Source of the DNA: an uncultured Myxococcales bacterium | Lineage (GTDB): Bacteria > Myxococcota_A > UBA9042 | Reading direction: 5' to 3' | DNA length: 64,000 nucleotides | Assembly: GCA_903840165.1 (NCBI GenBank) | Contig: CAIMEY010000075.1 | Coordinates: 44,365 to 108,364 of the forward strand | Shown here: positions 25,898 to 34,073 of the stretch, one piece after another | Numbering within the stretch: position 1 is the first letter of the stretch | Layout of the letters: every line of letters starts with the position of its first letter | Position numbers and translations under genes: made by a program | Notes under the pieces: generated by a model | Seen by the model: only the letters and a program-made list of their open reading frames with translations | Database searches by the model: none | What the model was told of the DNA's origin: nothing

Positions 25898-28051
25898 ATG
25901 CGCTTACGAAAATTATTGCCAATCGTTAGTCTTTTCACAGTCCTTGCCGGAGCCCGCAGCGCCATGGCCTGTGGCGGTTGCTTTTCGCCACCGACCCCGC
26001 AATTGGACCAGACCGTGGTGCAGAACGCCGAGCGTGTGCTGTTCACCCGCGATGAACAGACAAAGGTTTCGCGGGTTTGGGTCGAGGTGCGCTACAGCGG
26101 CCTGGCCAAGGACTTCGGCTGGGTGCTGCCCCTGCCCAAGGTGCCCAAGGTCGGCGTCGGCTCCAAGGTACTCTTTGACGCACTGGACACGCGGATGGCG
26201 ATGCGCTACGCCATGGCCTATGCCCCTGCAGAGAATTGCCGAGGTACCTGGCAGGGTTGCAAGGACTATCCTATGGTGGGCGGCGGCGACTTTGCCGATG
26301 CCTCAGCCTCCGGTGCGGATGTGGCGGGCAGCGACACGTCCAAGAATGGCGGTGGGCCGGGCGTCGAGATTCTCGCTAGTGGCACCACGGGCCCCTATGA
26401 CTATACGGTGGTGCAAGGCGGCAATGCCGATGTGCTGTATACTTGGCTAAACACGCGCGGTTATGCCACGCCGGACAAGGCCAAACCCATCTTGCAGTCG
26501 CACATCACCAAGGGCGACGTCTTTGTTGCGGTCAAGCTGAGCAATGGCCAAGGCGTCGAAGCCATCCGCCCGATTACCTTGGAAATGGCCGACACCGAGG
26601 CCTGCGTGCCCCTGCGCTTGACGTCCATTGCCGCCGCCGATGATTTGGCGGTTGTGGTCACCATCGCCGGGCCGGGGCGAGCGATCGTTAAGAACCACCT
26701 GGATGTAGAGCCCAATCCCTTGCGCATGGCTCTTCTAAACGACCAAGGTACGCCCAACTACAATGGGACGTACATCCCGTGCAATCAGGATGGCCAGTAC
26801 TACTATAGCTGCCAGATTCCTACGAATCTCGCGCAGGTGCAGTCGGCCGCCATCGACGAGGCGGGAGGCCACGCTTTTGTCACCGAGGCGGCGTTCAAGG
26901 GCAGTGACCTGGGTAATCTCCTGAATATGTCTAAGAATTCGGCGGACTGGCTCGCCAAGGTCAAGAACCTCGATGACGTCGCCAACCAACTGGCCGTCGC
27001 CTCGGATTTTCCCGTGAATTCAGAGGTTGGCGATGCCCTCAGTCTGCCCTTGGCCCTGACGACGACCTTCCCGGGCGTCGATCCGGCCCAAGCGCTGGCT
27101 GACTTGCGCGCGTGTGGTCAGTACTGGCAGATGCCCCAGAGTCCAGAGTGCCAGCTTCCCGGCGGATTGGTGTTGACGCATGAGCAGTTGCAGGCCGTGG
27201 CAATCGATGGCGTCGGAGCGCAGACGGCGATGAAGGTGGGCATTATCGACCCCCTGTTCCTGGTTGGCGACCAGTTGGCTGCCGCGCCGATGCTGACCCG
27301 CCTGAGCATGCGCATTTCGCCCAGTGAAATGGACCGTGACCCCGTGTTTTCCTTCAACAGTTCTTTGCCGAAGGTGGACCCGACGCGGGTCATCCTTTCG
27401 AACCAAGTCTGCCTGGATGGCTGGGATACGGGCCCGCAAGCAACGCGCCTTTCCATCGACGGATTAGGTAGTTGGCTGTTCACGGGCAGCAACACCTTGG
27501 ACCCGCGATTTGTCAACGCGCCGACCGCGCTGTGGGTGCGTTTGCAGGACGAGACAGGGCCGGCCATCGACATCGCCACGGCACAGATCAGCCTGATTGA
27601 TACGGCGATCAAGGGCGCGCTGCCGGGCAAGGCCAGCCTGCCGGTAGACCTGAATGTGCAAAAAGGCAAGCCGTGGCAGGCACCTGCCTCAGACCTGATC
27701 GCGACCAAGCAAGGGCCCTGGCATTCGCCCGGTTCCTGGTGTGAGCCGCGGGCGGGCTGGGTGGACGGCAAGCCGGCCCCGAGTGAAACCGACCTGGATG
27801 CCGGCAGCACCGACGTGGCGGGTGATACGCAAGACACTAATTCTACAGGCACTGTCCCCGGCATTGATGCGGCGGGCGGCTGGACCGATGTGCATTCGCC
27901 CCAAGCCACAGCGGCAACTGGTGTTGCGGCGAGCGATAACAGTGGCTGCACCGCTGGGCGTACGCACCGCAGTCAATCCCTTGGATTGTTGATGATTTCT
28001 GGGCTGTTGGCGGCTGTAGTGCTGCGCCGTCGGCAACGCAAGGAGGCTTGA
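25898..28051 (+). CDS. Large secreted protein with N-terminal CGGCF motif (DUF2330-like?) and MYXO-CTERM-like C-terminal sorting tail
   Basis: Signal peptide MRLRKLLPIVSLFTVLAGARSAMACGGCF; C-terminus GCTAGRTHRSQSLGLLMISGLLAAVVLRRRQRKEA (Cys, hydrophobic span, basic cluster), as in the Myxococcales MYXO-CTERM sorting signal. Confidence 0.7.
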   Translation: MRLRKLLPIVSLFTVLAGARSAMACGGCFSPPTPQLDQTVVQNAERVLFTRDEQTKVSRVWVEVRYSGLAKDFGWVLPLPKVPKVGVGSKVLFDALDTRMAMRYAMAYAPAENCRGTWQGCKDYPMVGGGDFADASASGADVAGSDTSKNGGGPGVEILASGTTGPYDYTVVQGGNADVLYTWLNTRGYATPDKAKPILQSHITKGDVFVAVKLSNGQGVEAIRPITLEMADTEACVPLRLTSIAAADDLAVVVTIAGPGRAIVKNHLDVEPNPLRMALLNDQGTPNYNGTYIPCNQDGQYYYSCQIPTNLAQVQSAAIDEAGGHAFVTEAAFKGSDLGNLLNMSKNSADWLAKVKNLDDVANQLAVASDFPVNSEVGDALSLPLALTTTFPGVDPAQALADLRACGQYWQMPQSPECQLPGGLVLTHEQLQAVAIDGVGAQTAMKVGIIDPLFLVGDQLAAAPMLTRLSMRISPSEMDRDPVFSFNSSLPKVDPTRVILSNQVCLDGWDTGPQATRLSIDGLGSWLFTGSNTLDPRFVNAPTALWVRLQDETGPAIDIATAQISLIDTAIKGALPGKASLPVDLNVQKGKPWQAPASDLIATKQGPWHSPGSWCEPRAGWVDGKPAPSETDLDAGSTDVAGDTQDTNSTGTVPGIDAAGGWTDVHSPQATAATGVAASDNSGCTAGRTHRSQSLGLLMISGLLAAVVLRRRQRKEA

Positions 28052-28824
28052 TGGATCTGCGTGCTCGACTGGGGCTATTGGTGTGTAGTTTTAGCGCCTT
28101 AGCGTCGTGTAGCGGCGCTTCGACCCAAGCCGTGGCCCCTGCCCCAGTCCAGCCGCAACCGTCCGCACAGTGTCCGATGCACGCGGCCCATCATCCCTCC
28201 GCCGATGGTTCTGCGCCTGCCAATCCGCATAAAGCCCATGACATTCATCACCGTTTTGACGACCCAGCGCAGTGGGCACCGGTCTTTGACTCGGCCGACC
28301 GCGACGCTTGGCAAAAGGGCGATGCCGTCGTAGCAGCGCTGGGCCTGCCAGCTCAGGCTCGTGTGGCCGATGTTGGCGCAGCTACAGGCTATTTCTCGGT
28401 GCGCTTTGCCCGCGCTTTGCCCCAAGGACAAGTCTGGGGCACGGACATCGAACCGAGGATGGTCGATTACTTGCAAAAAAGGGCCGCGACCGAAGGTTTG
28501 CCCAATCTACACGCAGTGTTGACCAAGGCGACCGAGCCCGAACTGCCAGGGCCCATGGACGTGGTCTTCCTGTGCGACGTCTATCACCATTTGCAGGACC
28601 GCGTCGCCTGGTTCCACCATCTTCGCAAGTACTTAGCGCCGGGTGGTCGCCTCGTGATCGTCGACTTCACCTTGGGCAATATTCCGGTCGGACCGCCTGT
28701 GGCGCAGCGCATTGGCCCCGAGGCGATGGCCGCTGAACTAGCCCAGGCCGGTCTGGTCTTGCAGCGGCGGGACGATTCCCTCTTGCCATACCAGCACTTG
28801 CTTGTGTTTGTGGCGGCGCCGTAG
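28048..28824 (+). CDS. Class I SAM-dependent methyltransferase lipoprotein
   Basis: Lipobox LASCSG; motif I VADVGAATGYFSVRFA; post-I acidic residue; 4-nt overlap (ATGA) with the upstream gene. Confidence 0.75.
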   Translation: MMDLRARLGLLVCSFSALASCSGASTQAVAPAPVQPQPSAQCPMHAAHHPSADGSAPANPHKAHDIHHRFDDPAQWAPVFDSADRDAWQKGDAVVAALGLPAQARVADVGAATGYFSVRFARALPQGQVWGTDIEPRMVDYLQKRAATEGLPNLHAVLTKATEPELPGPMDVVFLCDVYHHLQDRVAWFHHLRKYLAPGGRLVIVDFTLGNIPVGPPVAQRIGPEAMAAELAQAGLVLQRRDDSLLPYQHLLVFVAAP

Positions 28825-28975
28825 GGTCGCGGCGCGCTTGCTCCTGCCAAATCCGCACGCACGTGCAAATCTTGCACTGCCGGCGGCATCGGCATGGCCC
28901 AACTCGACCCAAGCGCATTTACTCAACTTGTTGAAAAATAAGCTATTTGCGCATTCTTGTGCTCAAGCGATGAAT

Positions 28976-28991
28976 TGGCACGGACCTTGCT
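28976..28991 (+). promoter_or_regulatory. Sigma54 (-24/-12) promoter TGGCAC-N5-TTGCT upstream of the PqqD-like / ATP-grasp operon
   Basis: Exact TGGCACggaccTTGC about 50 nt upstream of the GTG start at 29040; second such promoter within 3.2 kb downstream of the NtrC-like gene. Confidence 0.65.
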
Positions 28992-29039
28992 TCTATCCTG
29001 ATCAGGCACCACGTTTCGGGGCCAGCAGGAAAGCGCACC

Positions 29040-29288
29040 GTGTACGAACACTTGGCACTCAGCGATTCAGGCTTTCTCTTCGACACGCGGACGGGGAACA
29101 CCTATACCCTTAGCAAAACAGGCACTTTTCTGTTGCGCACCCTGATTGCTGGCGGGACGTGGCAGGAACTTCCGACCCAGCTTGCCGCCACCTATGAGGT
29201 GGACGACGAGACAGCTCGGCGCGATGTGGAACAATTCTCCTTTCGTTTGAAAGACTTGGGTCTAGTCGCGCCGGAGGTCGGCTCATGA
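29040..29288 (+). CDS. PqqD-family peptide-chaperone protein (RiPP recognition-element-like), 82 aa
   Basis: GTG start after AGGAAAG; YEHLALSDSGFLFDTRTGNTYTLSKTGTFLLRTLIAGGTWQELPTQLAATYEVDDETARRDVEQFSFRLKDLGLV follows the PqqD profile (flfd..g..y.LN.tg..iw.l..g.t..ei...l...y.v....a..Dv..f...L...gli). Confidence 0.6.
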   Translation: MYEHLALSDSGFLFDTRTGNTYTLSKTGTFLLRTLIAGGTWQELPTQLAATYEVDDETARRDVEQFSFRLKDLGLVAPEVGS

Positions 29289-30343
29289 AGCCCTGCACCA
29301 TCGCGGTCACCGGGCTCAATGCGACCGACAATCCGGGACCGGGCGTGCCGGTCATTCGCGCAATTCGCCAAGCAAATCCCAACTGTACGATTGTCGGCCT
29401 TGGCTATGATGCCCTGGACCCGGGTGCCTACATGGAGGGCATTGCCGACCACGTCTACCTCATGCCATTTCCGTCCCAAGGCGCTGAAGTTGTTGGGCAA
29501 CGCCTGGCAGCGATTCACGCGCAGACGCCTATCGATGTGCTGATTCCTACGCTTGATTCCGAACTAGCCCCCTACATCAAGCTTGAGCCGGTGCTCCGTG
29601 GCATGGGCATTGCGACCTACCTGCCCAGCGCTGAGGGCCTGCAACTGCGCGCCAAGGATAAGCTTTCGGCCCTGTCGGCCAAGGGCGTGCGCGTGCCCAA
29701 GAGCGTGACCTTGACCGATGCGACCGCCATCGCCCAACTCGACCAGCACATCGAGTTCCCGGTGATGGTCAAAGGGCAGTTCTACGAGGCGTTCATCGCC
29801 TACTCGCCTATGGAAGTACATAGTCATTTCGAACGGTTGCGTGCCAAGTGGGGGCTGCCCGTGGTGCTGCAGGCTTACGTGCCCGGCACTGAGTACGACA
29901 TCACGGCGGTGGGCGATGGCCAAGGGGGGCTGGTGGGCTCGGTGGCCATGAAGAAGATGCAGCTCACCGATAAAGGCAAAGCGTGGGGCGGGGTTACCAT
30001 AGCCGATCCCCAACTGGACGCCTTCGTTGCCTTGACGATGGCGGCCCTGCAGTGGCGGGGGCCGTGCGAGCTGGAAGTGATGCGCGCCAAGGATAGCGGT
30101 GAGTGCTATCTTATTGAAATTAATCCGCGTTTTCCGGCCTGGGTCTATCTCACAGTCGGCGCTGGGCGCAACTTGCCCTGGGCAACAGTGCAACTGGCCT
30201 TGGGGCAAGCGGTCGCACCGATGCCGCCGGCTCCGGCAGGAATCCTGTTTCTACGTCACAGTTTAGATCAAGTCTGCGCGATGGCGGACTTTCAGGCCCT
30301 GACCACGGTGGGGGAACTGCACCGCAAGGAGACCGAGCAATGA
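29285..30343 (+). CDS. ATP-grasp family ligase
   Basis: ATP-grasp fold blocks VMVKGQFYEAF, QAYVPGTEYDITAV, ECYLIEINPRFPAW (E-x-N-x-R catalytic motif); ATGA overlap with the PqqD-like gene. Confidence 0.8.
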   Translation: MKPCTIAVTGLNATDNPGPGVPVIRAIRQANPNCTIVGLGYDALDPGAYMEGIADHVYLMPFPSQGAEVVGQRLAAIHAQTPIDVLIPTLDSELAPYIKLEPVLRGMGIATYLPSAEGLQLRAKDKLSALSAKGVRVPKSVTLTDATAIAQLDQHIEFPVMVKGQFYEAFIAYSPMEVHSHFERLRAKWGLPVVLQAYVPGTEYDITAVGDGQGGLVGSVAMKKMQLTDKGKAWGGVTIADPQLDAFVALTMAALQWRGPCELEVMRAKDSGECYLIEINPRFPAWVYLTVGAGRNLPWATVQLALGQAVAPMPPAPAGILFLRHSLDQVCAMADFQALTTVGELHRKETEQ

Positions 30344-31689
30344 CGCGTCTAGCCTATGAAAAACCAACGATTTTGCGACACAATGCCGCCCTAGCCAACA
30401 AGTTCGGTCGCGCGCCAGGCGTGCGGGCCCTCGAGCGAATTGATGGCGTTAAAGTCCTTGATTTGGTGGCGCAATTTGGTAGTCCGCTCTTTGTCTATTC
30501 CGAACACCGTCTGCGCCGCGCCTACCGCGAGGCGTACCGGGCCTTTTCCCAGCGCTACCCCAAGGTTCAGTTTGCCTGGTCCTATAAGACTTTGTATCTA
30601 GACGCAATTTGCCGTATTTTTCATCAGGAAGGGGCCTGGGCCGAAGTTGTCTCGGAGTATGAATACCAAATGGCGCGGGCCTTGGGCATTGCTGATGCGC
30701 ACATCCTGTTCAATGGCCCCTACAAGCCGGAGAAAGACCTGGAAGTTGCCCTACTTGGCGGAGCACGGGTGCACATTGACCACTACGAAGAACTGTACGC
30801 GGCCGAGCGAATTGCCCGCAAAGCCGGCAGAAAGATTGGTGTTACCCTGCGGATCAGCCTTGACGCTGGCATCCATCCGCGCTGGGACCGCTTTGGCTTT
30901 AACCTGGAAAATGGCGAAGCCCTGGACGCCGCCCGACGCATACACAGTGGTGGGCACCTGACCCTGCAGGGTTTGCATTGCCACATCGGCACTTACATCG
31001 CCGATCCGAGCGCGTACGGTCGTATGGCGGCCAAGCTGGCGGCCCTCGCCCTGCAAGTGCGGCGGGAGACCGGCATGCTGGTGGAAAGTCTTGATTGCGG
31101 CGGCGGTTTTGCCTCCCGCGCGACCTTGCACGCCCAGTATACGCCGGGCGTGGATGCGACGCCGCCCGTGGATGACTATGCCGAAGCCATCAGCCGTGCC
31201 ATCCTCGAGGCGGGCTTTGCCCCCAGTGAACTGCCTACTTTGTTTCTGGAAACGGGTAGGGCGCTGGTCGATGAGGCGGGCTTTCTACTGACCCGCGTCG
31301 TCGGCAACAAGCGCCTGGCCGATGGCACGCGGGCTGTGATTGTCGACGCGGGCGTCAACGTCCTGTTTACGTCGTTTTGGTACCGACACGACGTGTTGCC
31401 GGCCGAGGATCGCGGGGGAATGCTTGAAGATACAGTCGTCTATGGCCCACTGTGCATGAACATTGACGTGGTGCGGCCGTCGGTGCAACTGCCTCCCCTG
31501 GAGGCTGGGGATACCCTGGTGGTCAGGCCGGTTGGCGCGTACAATGTCACCCAATCCATGCAATTTATTCGACTAAGGCCGGCGGTCATCCTTCTAGGCG
31601 AAAAGGGCGAAATCGACGTCATTCGCCGCGCCGAGGAGCTAGCAGACCTCAAGGGTCCAGAGTTCTTGCCTAAACGTTTGACTTCGTAG
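30340..31689 (+). CDS. Group IV PLP-dependent decarboxylase (Orn/DAP/Arg decarboxylase family, LysA-like)
   Basis: FGSPLFVYSEHRLR, PLP-lysine block FAWSYKTLY, HCHIGT, LDCGGGFAS, ETGRALVDEAG, C-terminal GAYNVTQSMQF all match the LysA/SpeC family; ATGA overlap with the ATP-grasp gene. Confidence 0.85.
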   Translation: MTRLAYEKPTILRHNAALANKFGRAPGVRALERIDGVKVLDLVAQFGSPLFVYSEHRLRRAYREAYRAFSQRYPKVQFAWSYKTLYLDAICRIFHQEGAWAEVVSEYEYQMARALGIADAHILFNGPYKPEKDLEVALLGGARVHIDHYEELYAAERIARKAGRKIGVTLRISLDAGIHPRWDRFGFNLENGEALDAARRIHSGGHLTLQGLHCHIGTYIADPSAYGRMAAKLAALALQVRRETGMLVESLDCGGGFASRATLHAQYTPGVDATPPVDDYAEAISRAILEAGFAPSELPTLFLETGRALVDEAGFLLTRVVGNKRLADGTRAVIVDAGVNVLFTSFWYRHDVLPAEDRGGMLEDTVVYGPLCMNIDVVRPSVQLPPLEAGDTLVVRPVGAYNVTQSMQFIRLRPAVILLGEKGEIDVIRRAEELADLKGPEFLPKRLTS

Positions 31690-31835
31690 GGTTTCTAGCG
31701 ATCTGGGGCGATTGTGCCATGGTCCAGCGCTGGCTCCAGTGACGCAGGCCGGACCATGGCGCAGTCCATACCCGCAGAGTTTTGAGATTGATGAACGATT
31801 CCAGTTCGCTTGCTTAGGTAGATTTCGGGGCCTTG

Positions 31836-34073
31836 ATGCCGCAACGCTATCCCACAGTGCTTCCTGCCGCCGCCGAGTCGCAGCTCGACATGGGCTCTGC
31901 TCGCGTGGCGATCGCAGAAAATGTGCGCAATAATAGGGTATTAGCGGCCATGCGCTGGCTGGGCGACGAAGTGCTGGCTGTCTACGGCTTAGTGCTCTTT
32001 GGTGCGCCGCTGCACGCTTCGGTCTTGCTGTTGGCCGCAACTTGGGTGGCCGGCGTGCCCAGTGCGGCCTTGGGGTTGCTGAGTCTGCTGCTGGCTCAGG
32101 GGCTTGCAAGGGTGCTACTGCCCAATTCCTCAGTCTCAGAGCGCAATTGGCTGGCATGCAACGCCCTACTGACGGGCCTCTATCTGGGCGCGCTTTATGC
32201 GCCGAACCTGACCCTGCTGGCGCTCGCGGCCATGGTGACGCTGGCGGGGGTGCTCTTGGCCGCCGCGCTCAGGTCTCTGGTCGATCGATACCTTGGGATT
32301 CCCTTGTTATCGCTGCCTTTTGTTGTAGCCAGCTGGGGAGCGCTTTTGCTGGCGCGCCATTTCCCAGGCCTGCCCTTGGCCAAAGCCGCGCTGGCTGAGC
32401 CGTTGTCGCTGCCGCTGAGCGATGGCCCCCGCGAAATCCTGAGGCTCCTTGCCGCAATCTTCATGCAAAACAGCGCAGTTGCCGGCCTGTTGGTGGGTCT
32501 GGCGTGGCTGTTGTGGTCGCGTTGGAGCCTGATCCTGGCTCTGCTGGGAATCCTCAGTGGGCAGGCGATCTTGGCACTGCTTGGTGGGACGCATACCGGT
32601 ACGGAGTTGGCCCACGTCGGCTTCAACGCGGCGCTTGTGGCGGTGGCCTGTGGTGGTGTTTTTGTCGTTCTTTCAAAGTCTTCCCTGATCGCTGCCTGTC
32701 TTGCCGGTGCCTTGGCGACCCTGCTGGGCATCGCTTTGCAAGGAGCGCTGCTGCCCTTGAACCTGCCCGTGCTCGCGGCGCCTTTTGTCTTGTTGACGCA
32801 AGGACTTCTCTTGGCGCTGCACGGCCGGCTGGGCTCTGGTCCTTTGCAACTGGTGCTTGGGCCACCCCTGCGGCCAGAAGACAATCTTCATCAGGTGTTG
32901 CAGAGCGCGCGCCGCTATCCGCCGGTTGGCATGCCTCTGCTGTACTTGCCTGTGCTTGGGCGTTGGCGCGTGACCCAGGGCCCGCGGGGCGCTTTGACCC
33001 ATCAGGGACAGTGGGCCCATGCCTGGGATTTTGAAGTCGAAAACGACCAAGGCGAGCGATTTCGCGGTGAGGGCCAGGCCGTTCAGGACTTCTATGCTTG
33101 GGGAGCGCCGGTGGTGGCTCCGGGCGATGGACGGGTGGTGCGTGTGATAAATCATCTGGAAGATCAAGAGATTGGCCACGTCGACTTGGCCCACAACTGG
33201 GGCAATATGGTGGTCGTGGCCCACAGCGGCGGCGTATTCTCGGCCCTGAGCCACTTGCAGCAGGGCAGCATCGGCGTGCACGAGGGTCAAACCGTCGTTC
33301 GCGGCGAAGTCCTTGGACGCGTAGGCAATTCGGGCCGATCGCCAGTGCCCCATCTGCACGTCCAGGTGCAAGCGTCAGCCGAGGTGGGCGCGCCGACTCT
33401 GCCCGCCCAGTTCCTCCATTTTCTGCAAATCGCAGTCGATGAGCAGAGTTATCAAACCTGCGGCAGCCCTCAAACCGGTGCGCTTCTGCAGTCTCTAGCG
33501 ACCCAGTCGAGTACAGCCCGCGCTTTCGCCTTTGCGCCAGGCACGCAAATTCACTGGCTTATTCACGGTCAGCAGTTGGGACCACCGCGGCGAGAGACGT
33601 GGTCCAGTGAACTCGATGCCCTGGGCCGCCGGACTTTGAAGTCCAACGGCGCTGCTGCCTCGATTTACATCGACGATTCCTATGCCACTGTGCTGGATTA
33701 CACCGGCCCAGCCGACACCTTGCTGGCCATGTACGCGGTGGCGGCGGCGCGTGTGCCCTTCGCAGCGGCCGACGGCGTGACTTGGCACGACAGTCCGTCC
33801 ATTCTGGCCCATCTGTCCAAACCCGTTAGGATTCTACTTGAATTGCTGATGCCCTTTGGTGCCCAGACGGGGGTTCCCACGCACTCCCGGCTCATGCAGG
33901 GCAGCGATGGCACCTTGGTGCTCGAGACCAAGATCCGCCGCCCGCACCGGCTCATGCGCGCCAAACAACTGCCGGATCGCTTGCAGTTGCTGGTGCAGCC
34001 TGGCGTGGGCCCCACGGCGTTGCGCGCCTATCGCGGCGACCTCTTGTGCCTGGATGCTGAGGTAACACTTTGA
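31836..34073 (+). CDS. Polytopic urea-transporter-like membrane domain fused to M23 (LytM-type) metallopeptidase domain plus C-terminal unknown domain
   Basis: About 330 aa of TM helices containing UT-like half-repeat motifs (FMQNSAVAG; HVGFNAALVAVACGG); M23 motifs HQGQWAHAWDF...HVDLAHNWGNMVVVAH...VGNSGRSPVPHLHVQV; possible TTG start at 31833. Confidence 0.7.
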   Translation: MPQRYPTVLPAAAESQLDMGSARVAIAENVRNNRVLAAMRWLGDEVLAVYGLVLFGAPLHASVLLLAATWVAGVPSAALGLLSLLLAQGLARVLLPNSSVSERNWLACNALLTGLYLGALYAPNLTLLALAAMVTLAGVLLAAALRSLVDRYLGIPLLSLPFVVASWGALLLARHFPGLPLAKAALAEPLSLPLSDGPREILRLLAAIFMQNSAVAGLLVGLAWLLWSRWSLILALLGILSGQAILALLGGTHTGTELAHVGFNAALVAVACGGVFVVLSKSSLIAACLAGALATLLGIALQGALLPLNLPVLAAPFVLLTQGLLLALHGRLGSGPLQLVLGPPLRPEDNLHQVLQSARRYPPVGMPLLYLPVLGRWRVTQGPRGALTHQGQWAHAWDFEVENDQGERFRGEGQAVQDFYAWGAPVVAPGDGRVVRVINHLEDQEIGHVDLAHNWGNMVVVAHSGGVFSALSHLQQGSIGVHEGQTVVRGEVLGRVGNSGRSPVPHLHVQVQASAEVGAPTLPAQFLHFLQIAVDEQSYQTCGSPQTGALLQSLATQSSTARAFAFAPGTQIHWLIHGQQLGPPRRETWSSELDALGRRTLKSNGAAASIYIDDSYATVLDYTGPADTLLAMYAVAAARVPFAAADGVTWHDSPSILAHLSKPVRILLELLMPFGAQTGVPTHSRLMQGSDGTLVLETKIRRPHRLMRAKQLPDRLQLLVQPGVGPTALRAYRGDLLCLDAEVTL

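Noticed and set aside
28893-28940. 15-aa ORF MAQLDPSAFTQLVEK as RiPP precursor for the PqqD/ATP-grasp operon
   Set aside because: It lies upstream of the sigma54 promoter, has no RBS, and is too short with no recognisable leader/core. The overlapping ORF 28802-29113 is out of frame with the PqqD-like gene and not protein-like.
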